Of a stretch of 64,000 bases of DNA, positions 50,288-62,000 are shown piece after piece. The first letter of the stretch is position 1; every line of letters begins with the position of its first letter. A program made the translations under genes and the position numbers. This stretch comes from Nemertoderma westbladi (taxonomy: Eukaryota > Animalia > Xenacoelomorpha): assembly GCA_032718475.1 (NCBI GenBank), contig JAUCBJ010008331.1, forward strand, positions 1 through 64,000, read 5' to 3'. Under the pieces are notes generated by a model. That model searched no databases, had not been told where the DNA came from, and was given only the letters and a program-made list of their open reading frames with translations.

Positions 50288-52957
50288 CTAAAATAGGAGA
50301 TCCGAGGTACCTTCGTGGTGAATCGAAGAAAATGATTCACTGGCTTGCGAACTAAATCCCGTTGTAGTTGGATCTGAGTGGGTTTGATTAGACCCGCTGG
50401 GAGATGACCCATTGGTAGACCCGCTGGTAATAGAACCAGTAGTAGCTGACCCGCTGGTAGGCGGCTGTTTGTCTACCGCGATTGTCCCCTCCAGGGAGTC
50501 CAATAGGTCGTCGTCCGACTCGGACGCCGCTATGGGGGCGCTGTTCCGGAATATCGCGTCGGCCAACTCCGACTCGTCCAGCCAGGCCGCCTCGGCTGGG
50601 TACCGATGGTACACCGGGGCCGACTCCGCAAACCGGATCCGCATCCGTTTGTGCGGCCGCGCCCCTTTTATGAGGATGGGTCGCCTCCCTGTGGGCGCGT
50701 TGCCCCCCACGACCACGACGGCGGGTATCTGGGGGGCGGAGGAACTCGGGGGCTCCAGGATCAGGTCGTCTATGTTGCTAACCGGGGCCGCGAGATCCAG
50801 TCTGGGAACCTCCGCGGGTCGGGACGGGCGCACAGCGAACGTCCGGGAAGTCTGTTTGATTTGGGACAAGGTGGTGTTTAAATCTGAGTTGGTTGAGTGG
50901 GCGACTGGGGGTGTGGGCGTACTGGGTGTGGGCGTACCTCGGGTATGTGTACCGGGCGTGGGCGCGCCGCCCCGGGGTGGGCTCGCCCCATCAGTGGATA
51001 TCGCCCGTCCGAGCGTCACAGAGGATATCTGGTAGTTAGACAGGTTGGACATGGTCGGGAGGGCGTTGTTGGTTGTGGGGACCCCCTGGGACTCCCCCGG
51101 GACCCCCTGGGACCACTGTGAGCTAACCGCGACCACCGCCGGTTTATGGAAGACTCTACGAGGCTGACTTGTGTTCCTGGGTTGCAACGATCCGCTCCCC
51201 GGGCTGCTGTTGAACGTCGGGAACATGACCTTAAGCTTTCCCAACGCCGCTATTAACTCGCTGTCGAGTCTCCCATTATAACTCACATGACTCGACGGCA
51301 TTGATGTCTTGGAACCCACGAACGCCGTTCTATGAGACGCATTTACGGCGGGACCAGCAAACCTCGGTCTAGAACTTTCTAAATGTTTTCTAGAATTATC
51401 CGTATTTGTTCTAGAATTGTCCGTGTTTATTCTAGAATTGTCCGTATTTGTTCTAGAATTGTCCGCATTTATTTTAGAATTGTCCGTATTTGTTCTAAAA
51501 TTGTCCGTATTTGTTCTAGAATTGTCCGTATTTGTTCTAGAATTATCCGTATTTGTTCTAGAATTGTCCATATTTGTTCTAGAATTGTCCGTATTTGTTC
51601 TAAAATTGTCCGTGTTTGTTCTATAATTTTCAGAATTTGATCTCGCATTGTCCATATTTGTTTTAAAATTGTTTGTGTAGGTTTTTGAAATATCCGCCGT
51701 TGTTCTAGAATTATCAGCTGTAGATCGTACGGCTGCCGGCCGAGTGTAGCTGCACTCCAACTTGCTGTAAGAGTTGCGCGCTGTGAGAGTGGGCACGGTG
51801 GGCAGGCAGCGCGGTTTTGGGCGAGCCGGGGCCATGGCACGGTAGTCTATGGGTTGGAAGGAGTGGTTGGGATTGGGAGTGGAGGCGGAGGTGTATGGGA
51901 GCGGGGAGTAGGGCTGGGGGGAGTTGGGATGGGGCGGGAAGGGATGGTTCGCGGTCACTAACTCAGTGTAATCCACAGAGGTTATGACCAGGTTATTGTT
52001 TGTGTTCGAGGGTTTAGTGACAACGCCTTCGGGCGCTTCGAGAATCGGGGCGGAGGGGCTGGGGGAAGGCGAGGAACTCACAGAGCCGCCGACGCGGAAC
52101 GTTCTGCACCGGGGCGTCGCGCTGGAACGGCGTTCCGCGTCCACCAATTCCGCGCCGTTAACCCACCCGCCGACGGCGGCGCGGCCGGGGACCCCGCCAC
52201 CGGAGTTCCGACGACACAGGGTCGGAACGCCGCCCCGTTCAACACTGGCGGAACGTATCCGCTGGATGTGGGCCCCGACGGAACGCTCGTTCCGCTCGAA
52301 CATGGAACGCAGGTTACGAACCTTGGAGGCGGTTGACTCGCCAAATTCCTCGTCCAACGAGGCTATGTCCGTGTCGGTCTGACTGCGGGGCAGCTGGTTG
52401 GCCGAGTAAGTCGCCGTTAGTGTGGCGTTGTGCGGCGAAGGCGTGTCCGCACGATCAGTCTCGCCTCCCTGACATTTGTAGGTGGAAGTGTAAGGACTAT
52501 AAGCTGAAGATTTACCGGTAGCGCGGACAGCGGTATCCGTTGGTGGACAGTCGGGTCTCGGTGGTGCGGTCCGTCGGAGTCCAACCGTTGACGGCAGACT
52601 CCGACCTTGGCCTCTCTGAGCAGGAAGAGACCTTCTCTGGTTCGAAAAATCTTGCTCATCGCCGCCATCCAGCTGGTCACCCGAGTCACCCTTGTTTGAC
52701 CAGGAAACAGATTCGCCTTTTTTCTTGAGCAACTCTCTCTTCCATCCCGGCATACTCTTGTAATGCTCCTCATCGTGTATCTTCCTATACGAATCACATT
52801 CGCTGTTACCGGTACCGGTACCAACCGCATTCTTCCGTTCCAAATTCGGTAAGCTCCCACCTGCACCTGGCCCTGCCAGTACACCTCCAGCAGGCCCGAG
52901 AAGCTTCTTCTGATATTGTTTCTCTATCAAAGCGACTTTCCAGTTAGGCATCGACAT
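50288..52957 (-). CDS. Phostensin/taperin (PPP1R18/TPRN)-family PP1-binding protein, 889 aa, single coding exon
   Basis: N-terminal MPNWKVALIEK and MPGWKRELLKKK motifs, KVRNLRSMFE, C-terminal RVxF-type KRMRIRF followed by YPAE, terminal SDLLF; intact long ORF in a GC-rich island. Confidence 0.75.
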   Translation of the reverse strand: MSMPNWKVALIEKQYQKKLLGPAGGVLAGPGAGGSLPNLERKNAVGTGTGNSECDSYRKIHDEEHYKSMPGWKRELLKKKGESVSWSNKGDSGDQLDGGDEQDFSNQRRSLPAQRGQGRSLPSTVGLRRTAPPRPDCPPTDTAVRATGKSSAYSPYTSTYKCQGGETDRADTPSPHNATLTATYSANQLPRSQTDTDIASLDEEFGESTASKVRNLRSMFERNERSVGAHIQRIRSASVERGGVPTLCRRNSGGGVPGRAAVGGWVNGAELVDAERRSSATPRCRTFRVGGSVSSSPSPSPSAPILEAPEGVVTKPSNTNNNLVITSVDYTELVTANHPFPPHPNSPQPYSPLPYTSASTPNPNHSFQPIDYRAMAPARPKPRCLPTVPTLTARNSYSKLECSYTRPAAVRSTADNSRTTADISKTYTNNFKTNMDNARSNSENYRTNTDNFRTNTDNSRTNMDNSRTNTDNSRTNTDNSRTNTDNFRTNTDNSKINADNSRTNTDNSRINTDNSRTNTDNSRKHLESSRPRFAGPAVNASHRTAFVGSKTSMPSSHVSYNGRLDSELIAALGKLKVMFPTFNSSPGSGSLQPRNTSQPRRVFHKPAVVAVSSQWSQGVPGESQGVPTTNNALPTMSNLSNYQISSVTLGRAISTDGASPPRGGAPTPGTHTRGTPTPSTPTPPVAHSTNSDLNTTLSQIKQTSRTFAVRPSRPAEVPRLDLAAPVSNIDDLILEPPSSSAPQIPAVVVVGGNAPTGRRPILIKGARPHKRMRIRFAESAPVYHRYPAEAAWLDESELADAIFRNSAPIAASESDDDLLDSLEGTIAVDKQPPTSGSATTGSITSGSTNGSSPSGSNQTHSDPTTTGFSSQASESFSSIHHEGTSDLLF
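51386..51660 (-). repeat. In-frame 21-bp coding tandem repeat (NTDNSRT), ~13 copies
   Basis: (TTCTAGAATTGTCCGTATTTG)n on the + strand, inside the 889-aa ORF. Confidence 0.9.
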
Positions 52958-53444
52958 TTTAGATCAATTTATAGCCCCTTCACGCTTAGACGTGACACCA
53001 GGTACGTAGACTTTTCTGCTGCCAATAGACGCTACCAAAATCCAAATCAAACTACACTTTAGAATCGCATCGGCCTTTACAACATCGGTAAATGACCTGT
53101 TTATTTCTGTATATTTTAGTAGGCCTTGGCACTACAAACTAGGCCTATTTCAGTATTTATTAATACTTACAGCATTAATTGGCAGCAGATGGCCTGATTG
53201 GAGACTCTAACCTGCAAACTAAGCCTTTGGCTAATTCAAGAATTCAGTGGTGGATGGAATATGAATGTTTGTTTAATTAAGGTAACCATGGCTGCAGCAT
53301 CAATGTACTCCCAGACCAAAAAAATAGAATAAAAATTAATGTACCAGTACTCCTAGACCAGAATGGGCATGTCAGTCTATTCCTGAAACTTCTGAAAGGG
53401 GGCGCTAAGGTTTGACATGGATGTGGAAAGATTTTAATAACAAA

Positions 53445-53640
53445 ATCCTAGGCCATTTTCTCAATGATAAATTTATTATTTATTTAGGGAAAGGAGCAGA
53501 TTACAGTGGCAAGTTTTATTCTAACCAAAATAATTAAGTAAAGTTAAATAGAACAGGTTACAGTTTTATATTTGGGAGTAATCAGTTGTTATTTGCGTTG
53601 ATTTTCCCCTGGAGGGGGATTAATTTTTATTGCGCCCCAT
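53445..53640. mobile_element. Diverged copy of the poly-G/C MITE family
   Basis: TAGAACAGGTTACAGTTTTATATTTGGGAGTAATCAG...TTTCCCCTGGAG matches 1-117. Confidence 0.55.
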
Positions 53641-54009
53641 ATCTCACTCGATGACTCCTAATAATTAATTGTTTCATTTTCTGATGACACGGACTAGGTC
53701 CCCCCTCCCCTATATTTTTATACAAATCTTTATCATATTACTTATAATTTGAAACACAAGTAGTTAGACTCACCGTGGGTGGATGTACAATAGAGCCATC
53801 ATTTTCGATATTTTCTTTAAATTTTTAATAATTTAATAAATTCTTTCAAATAAAGCAGTGTTCAAAAAAGGAGTTCTTTCTATTTATTTAATAACAACAC
53901 ATAATTCTAGAACGGAGGTGGGCATGGGCAACAACGATATGCCTTTACAATATCTCCCTATACTGTAGTGTAGCTATAGATACAAAATGTTCCAGAACAT
54001 TGTGTATTT

Positions 54010-54650
54010 AAAAGTCATGAATTCGGTCTTGGTAGGATTTATATGCAATCCAACCTCCTTAGCAGCCCTCTCCACTTTATTTAGTAGAAGCTGTGTATCT
54101 GCTAGCGTATTAGAGAGCAGGGCGATGTCATCCGCAAAGTCGGTGTCTGTAGTTGCCGGATATCTACTACTTCTGCGTTCTTGTAGTGTGAATCCCAGAT
54201 CGTCACCCTTTGTGGCCGTCCTCATTGCGTAATCCAATACAATTACAAATAGTAAAGCCGCCAACGTGTCACAATATAATAATCAAATCCCAGCCACAAA
54301 TACCTCTGGTATTCAATAAGCTCTTAAGATTTCCAGCTTTTTACCTCTATGGAATGAGTCGAATGCCTTCTTGAAGTCCACAAAAGTCAGGACAGCGGGG
54401 AGATTCTTTGACTTAATTCCCCCAATCAGTCTCCGTAGCCCAAGTATCTGAGCTATTGTTGATCTATTTGGTCGAAATCCGTTTTGGCTCTTACGCAGCA
54501 GTCTCTCTATGTGAGGCCTAATCCTATATAGAATCATTTTATTGTATATTTTGGCAGCTACCACAAGCAGACAGATCCCACGATAGTTTGTTGGTACCCC
54601 AAGGTCTCCCTTCTTAGGGAGAGGCTTTAGTTGACCTTTAGTCCAAATTG
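54010..54650 (-). mobile_element. RTE LINE reverse transcriptase remnant
   Basis: KKGDLGVPTNYRGICLL...QNGFRPNRST...FVDFKKAFDS...DFADDIALL...GLHINPTKTEFM, with an internal deletion. Confidence 0.88.
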
Positions 54651-54979
54651 GAGGTCACAATTGGTGGTCCAATTATGTTGAACGAGCAGTATGCCTTGCT
54701 GTTAATCATACCGTTTCTCTACTTTTTGTTTATAAGGATGTAATCCAGCTGTGCTTTGGATCCATTAGGGTATTGAAAGGTCTATAGCTTCCCCTTACTC
54801 TTTTCGAATGTGGTGTTTGTTGGTATCAATTCACATTCCTCCTTTAGGTCTAAGAGTAAGCACACATTCTGTTCGAACTGGTGTTATAGGTGTAACGCTG
54901 GGTGGCTGGCTGTCTTCTGGACCAATTTGAGCATTCTGGTCACCAGCAATGACTTTAACGTTGTGTTTAGGAATGTCAT

Positions 54980-55110
54980 TTATTATAACCAAAACAATAA
55001 ACTAAACTCAGTAGAACAGGGTAACAGTTTCATTTATGGGATCAATCAGCTGTTATTTGCGTGTCGAATCCCCCCCCCCCCGCCCCCCCCCCCCCCCCCC
55101 CCCCCCCCTA
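54980..55110. mobile_element. Internally deleted copy of the poly-C MITE family
   Basis: AACCAAAACAATAAACTAAAC...AGAACAGG...TCAGCTGTTATTTGCGT plus a long C-run. Confidence 0.5.
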
Positions 55111-56085
55111 TATGAAGCCACGAAATGTAAAGTAATAATTTATTATTCTCATTCATAAAACTTTATTATTAAACATTAATCAGTTACAAATTAAAAACTT
55201 AACTGATAAATATAATTAGCATACATACATGGCACTTAATATCACTTATAAATTGAGATTTCTGGTTCTATCTGGAAAATTGACATTATCGTAAAATATA
55301 ATTTAAATTGTTTTTTTTTGTACAGTGTAATAAATATACTATTTGTGCAGCATGAAGGAACTAACAGGCAATATAATATACTACTATTGGCCGGATATTG
55401 TTTTAATTGTAAATTACACGTTAATTAACTATTTCCATATGACTGTGAATATAAAGCAACGATGATTAGTCCACTGTAAAGTCCAATAATGTTAATATTT
55501 TAATTTAACTAAATTAATCTTGCCGCAATAGATATATTATGGAGTATTACTATTAATAGATAGATTAATAATTATTATTAATAGGGTATTAATAATAAAG
55601 TATTTATTCATGCCTTTCACTGGGAGTTATAAATATGAGATTGAATTAATACAAGCTTCTTTAAAAAAATTAAATACAAAATAATACCTTGTAGATCTTT
55701 AAATTAAATAATTGCTTTAAACTGTACATAGAGCGATGGGTGCGAATAAAGTATACGCTGATATAACTGAGCACTCTCTCTTACAACAATTTTAATAATT
55801 ATTTTACAACCCCACGGATAGGTATTTCGGTCCATCATTAACTACATCACAATAAATTTATAGCACAATAAGACATTTCAATTAAAACAATACATCGTTA
55901 ATATTCTGTTATATTGTACTGTAATTTAAAATTACCATGGGGCTTATTATCTGAAATTCTTATTCATAGTCTTTCTTTATATTACAGCTTCGTCATAGCT
56001 TATGCTTATGTGATAAGTATAATAATATTACATATGATAGCTGATTCAAAAAGCATAATATAACTTGTATGTCTGTATATTATTG

Positions 56086-59000
56086 TCATGGAAACAGCCT
56101 ATTAAACCATGTGTGGAAACAAAGTGCGTTAACAACACCTTCAATAAGGTTTCGTCTGGCAGTTACACTCACAACAGACCCGGTAGGACTTTCTTTGTGC
56201 ACCACGTGGACTTTATTACTGGCTTTACCCACATCGAAATGGAACATAACAAATAAGTCACTAATTTCACGATCAATAACTATAGCATACTGCTCAAGAT
56301 TATCCTCATCGTGAAATATTTTCACATTGTCTCCATATTTCCCTTTGAATGTGTTAACCAACGAATGATTCAGCGACAAAGATCGTAGACATACATCCTC
56401 TTCTTGAAGTTTGGTTACAGTAACATAGGGTAATAACTGCTGCAACAGAGAGAAGTTGAAATATAACTTTGCCTTCGGATTACTATGATCTAAGTCGCGC
56501 CACTGAAGTAGAGTTGAAAGTGTTGAGTCAGCCCCCGTGGTGGGGTCTCGGAAAAGGTGTTTCCACAAAGTGTCCTTGAAACATTGGACCTCGACAGAAG
56601 TCAAAATAGTTTTCACTTTCTGATGAAGTTTTTGAACTTCAGCCTGTAGTTTATTTTGAGTCAATTGATCGCAAAGATTAGAGTGCTCACCTCCAACGGT
56701 TTGTTTTTGTGGTTCACCGTCGTCACTCAAAATAACTTGCAACTTTAGTATAACATTGTCCGTAAAGTCTTGGCGACTGGGACAGTACACGCTGCTTCCC
56801 GCAATCTCTCTGGTCTCAAAATGAATCATAGAAATTACACAAGTGAGGATAAAGTTCCTCCTGTACTCAGTTGACTTGTTTCCTAAAAATGACCAACTTG
56901 TATTTTGCTGCCCTACAAGGGCACTCCGTGTTTCCGCCTCAGACACACTGTGCTTCTTATAACCATGATCACTGGCAGTATCCAGTAGATATTGAAACAC
57001 ACTGCTAGGCGTCATCATCTTGACGGGAAAAGCGAGATTGGAAACAGAAAGCCTGATATCGTCCCCGGGTGGTGACTTGTTCAACCTGGCAAAGTCACTT
57101 AGAAACTCAACCACATTGTAGCCCACGGAATCACTCGGTTTTTTATTTTCCCTGGGTAAATATGTGTCGTTAGAACCAGCCACGTAATCCTGTAGGCATT
57201 GTAAGTGAAAATTATAAATGTACCTTTCTAAAGTAAAATCGTTTATTACCGTATCGCATTCGGACTTGAAGAGTTCTTGAACTGTGGATAAATCGTTATC
57301 ATCATCAGTACACGAATAAAAAACTAGTTCGGATATCATGGTAACTTCCATACATTTAAAATCAACCACAATATGACAGTTCTCATATTGTATGATACAA
57401 ACTAGAATGCCCCCCTTATATGTCCGTTCTAATAATACAGAACCAGGTGCTATGGTATAGTCACTTATTGATTCGCCGGAAACATGTCTAGATCTAGAGT
57501 CTGAAGATGCCTGGGACTGACGAATATTTATGAAGCCAACACTTAGTAAATAAGATGTCAGTTTATGTTTAAGACGTTCAATAATATTAGTATACCAGTT
57601 TGGTAAAACTGCAGGTACCACAGAGGTTATTTGTTCATTGTCAACGGCAATACAATCATTACCATCTTGTTCAGACATCGCATCGCTATAAACTAATAAA
57701 TTTCTAAATGCTTCCAAAAACAGTACAGGTGCCTTAAATGTTTTAAGAAAACGCGACGATTCTACTAGGACATAGCAGTCATCAACACTCATTGGTATCG
57801 TTGAACTGGAACCTCCATAATGCCAAAACATGTCATAAACATTGAAGAGTTTCATTTTTCTTATTGTCATATTTTTCCTAATATCATGAACATCGAAAAG
57901 ATGTTTACCGTATTTTGCTATTAGATCCTGGCTTACATCATAGGGGATACTTTGGGGTGACTTAAAATGCTGTACGTTTTGTAGCACATTATCCACGGGA
58001 AACTGTTCCATAAATTGTGAATAGACTTGTAAACTTTTGAAGGAATTAATATCTTGAGAATACTTTTGACAACAGAGAATTTCTATTAAATTTGACATAT
58101 TTTTAAAATGATGTTTAAGATCCTCTACTTGGCCAAAGCCAAAGTTGTCGACCATGTTATAATTTTCTTCACCAAATTTACCACAGAAGCAGTTGTGATG
58201 ATATATGCCCAACTTCTGCTGTACAATGCAATTCATTAGCGTTACACGCATATTATGAAACCTTATTATTTCACAAACCTCACTACTAATTTTTTCAGAA
58301 CTTTGCAAATTGTATTCATAAACAGTGACATCAGTATTGATAACCTCAAGCAGAAATAACATTTGCCTTTGGCAAATAGGAGGTTGTTGTCCATAAATAG
58401 GTGAAAAGCAGGGTACTGGTGCTTGGTAGTTATTTCGACCTTTATCACTGTCAGTCCAAAACTTAGTTGAGGTAAGATCAGATGGCATAAATATGAGATC
58501 TTTTTGCAGTTGCGCCTGCTTCTGATTTGCACGTGTTGCAGTAGGCACATGTGTTGCTCGAGCAATGACCACAAAATGAGCTTCTTTGCCAATATCCCGG
58601 GTCGGCCTGTTGCTCTGACTGATAGTATCAGTCAGATCATAATACAAACCATTTAATTCCTTAAAAATAGTAACATTGATATCAGCAGCACTTAAGAATG
58701 ATTCCAAAAACAATGCCACATCTTGGAACACATTAATGGCTATATACTTAGTAGCAAGTTTGATATTCAAATGGGAAACACTGGGCACGTGTTCAGTGAT
58801 GCACACATCAAAATGATCCTTTAATGAATTTATAGTCCTTGATGAAATACTATGGGGTATTTCTAATTGCAGGTGACATACTTCTGTCAAAGTATCACAT
58901 ATGGAACTGCGAAAAATATGATTTAACACTTTTTCCAGAGACTCCACATTTATTTTACCTTTGTACCATATGCTAAACATGATTGTGGTGCATGAGAGAC

Positions 59001-62000
59001 TATTATTGTCACGTATTATATCAGATGTGTTGGGTGCAGAGTGTGGACTCGACGACTCGGAAACAGTAAAGTCAATAGAAGTTCTTTTAATATTAGAGGA
59101 ATCGAACAACGACAAAATCATAATTCCAATACCCTTTTGCCCCATCCCTCTTTGATTGATTAAATACACATCACGACTGTTAACAGCCTCAACATGTGGA
59201 CCTGAAAAATCCAGAAATTTGCTATTTTTATCACAATTTGGATTTTTAAAGGTTGACATTTTATGATCCATACTGATGTTCTGTCTTAAATAATATCCAA
59301 ACTGAAATAAATGTTGTTCAATAAAAACTGGAATGGTAAATCTGAAAGTATTCTGAGGGGCTTTTCCATAAGGTTGAATAAATTCAATATCGCTAGTAGT
59401 TAGCTTAGTCTGAAGATTCCGCTCCAACAATAAGCACATAACATCTAACGTTGCTTCAGTTAAACGTCCTTGAAGCATCTTTTCCATATCAATTGTACTA
59501 GGACCTGGCATAGAACTGCCGTAAACACCATAAATAACTAAGCGAAGGCAGTCCCAGGTAGAAATAATATTTCGCCTGGAAGTAACATCATTATCCATAT
59601 GAGAAGTAACTGTTTCATTTAAAGATATATTGTCAGAATCATTTCGTTGTGAACCCTCCACAATTTTCATATAAAATACATCTTTATTTTTTTCTTGAAA
59701 TACAAATACTCTTTTTCTATTCTTTACTTCAAGCTGGGCCAAGTCGCACATTACAGCATTCAAAGCCTTAGATTTACCTCCATCCCTCTTTGTATTCAAA
59801 CGAGGGTGAAGTGGCAGACAAATAGTATAGCACTTATTACAAGCAAATTCTCCAGGCTCAAAGTCCATAGTTGCCTTCAAATACCCAAATTGGTTAATAA
59901 AATCATTGGCTTCAACATAGATATCATCAACAGGGGGGGAATTCGACCTGCTAATATTGCCTTTGTGGGGTGAAAACATTAGATTTTCATCATCTTCTGG
60001 GATAAGAAGCATATTACAAACACTTTTCTCATACATATCATGAAGAAGTAATTTTTGATTCACATACTTTACACAATTACATATAAAAGTTTTAACATTC
60101 TCAATAAGTAATTTATGCGCATGTTTCATATTTGCCTTGTCTTGCGAATGAAAGTGGACTTTTATTTCATCTGATTCAACCTGGAGTATCAGCCAAAAGT
60201 CTCTGGCTAATGATGTATCCTCAGAATCCTCAATTTCGCTCAAATCACCATCATAACCTCCATCATTAAGACTCAGTCTTGAGGTAAAAACACTGGGAGC
60301 TGTGCTAATGGTAGCACTGGGAGGCTCACTAGGTTGCACCATTGAACTTGGTGTAAATCTGTAGAGAATGGGACTACTCCTATATGCATGTGAAACATAG
60401 TTCAATGCCATATCGTCTTTAGTTGATCCATCTTTAAGCTTTTTCCGCACTGCATTTAAGTTCCCAGACAAAGGCCTTCGCCTGGGTGTTCCAAGGTCCA
60501 TACTAGCGCTTCTACATCTGTGTGAACCACTAGTAGGAGACAAAGCATTACTTCTAGCCAAGGGGGAAGTGTCTGCAGTTGTAGAACCACAAGTATCTAC
60601 ACAGGCAAATCTACAACCCAACAAATTCGATTTAGTAGCAAAATGATCTCTGATCAAATTCGAAATAAGAATCGATTTCCTTTTAGCTAATCTTTCAAGT
60701 AAGATCAATGACAAAGTTTGTGATGTTGATACAATTATTGTAGAGGATAACATCGGCATTGTAGTAACTGGTGTAGAAGCATCGCGATCACAAGACAACA
60801 GGTTGTGATTGTAATACGAATGAGGAGTTTCAGACAGTGTTATATCAGAGGTTTCAGACAAAGGGCTGATAACATCAATGGCTGTGGGATTTATCAACTT
60901 GTTGTCTGTTAAGGATAATTGCAATCCTGTACCATATTGTCGTTGTCGTGTTGGACAGGGGATACCTGATTCAGAATCCAATGATAATAATATAGGGGCA
61001 GTATGTGTAGAATCAAATGCACACCCCTGTTTAGTGACAATATAACCACTACCGGTACTTGTAGGTTGTGATTCACTAATCGCTGATACAGCAGATGAAC
61101 AGTAACCCATGTGACAATATGAATTTTTATTAGCACAGCTAACTTCATTTGATTGTTTACAATTGGCCCCACATTGCTCAGTAACTGTACAAGCAACACT
61201 TTTACAATAGCTAATAGGAGCTTTGGAAACTATATCTTTACATAACATATTGTCATTAATTTTGATAGAAGCATCAGTAGCTACTTCTGCTGTCATATTA
61301 CAAATATTTGATATAGGTTTCATATGCTCTTCATTACTAGATAATACTGGAATGATTACATCGTCTGGATGTGACGATTTTATGTCATCAAGATTTATCT
61401 TTTCAGTTAGTGGCATCCCTACAAGTTCCTCCTTTGAGTCGCAAGGAGTATCAGGGATGTTCTGATTAGTTAATTTATCACAATGAACTTCATCAATGGG
61501 AGACTCTTTATTATAAAGCAAATTTGGTGATGATGAAAATTGTTGATCATGTGATACAGATTGAATATCTCGTTGTACAATGAAATGCTCAAATTCACTT
61601 TGACTACTTGGAGATTGACTACTAATATTTCCCATACATGAATGTAATTGCAATTCGTTATATAATTGAAAAGATGTAGGACTCTGAAAGACATCTTTCG
61701 AATTAATTGCCAGAAAGTACAACTTTGTACCCAATTTTCGAAGTTGGTACTGTTTATATGTAAATTTAATTAGCTCAGCAATAAATATGCCACTACTCTC
61801 TGTGGGACCAAACACAAACTGCAAGGGAATGGATTCAAAATAACAATTTGGTTTATTTGTTGAATTTCTAACATGGTGCATGACAATGTTAAGGGTATCA
61901 TTGTTTACAATAGAAGATACGTTATATAAAAAAGCAGTGCACATCTCATCTTGGAGATACCATTCGACTTTGGATTGTAAATCTCTGATAATAAATTGTT

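Noticed and set aside
50412-52884. Overlapping antisense and alternative-frame ORFs in the GC-rich taperin-like gene (also 20170-21187 and within SZT2)
   Set aside because: Shadow ORFs expected opposite real coding sequence; no recognisable motifs
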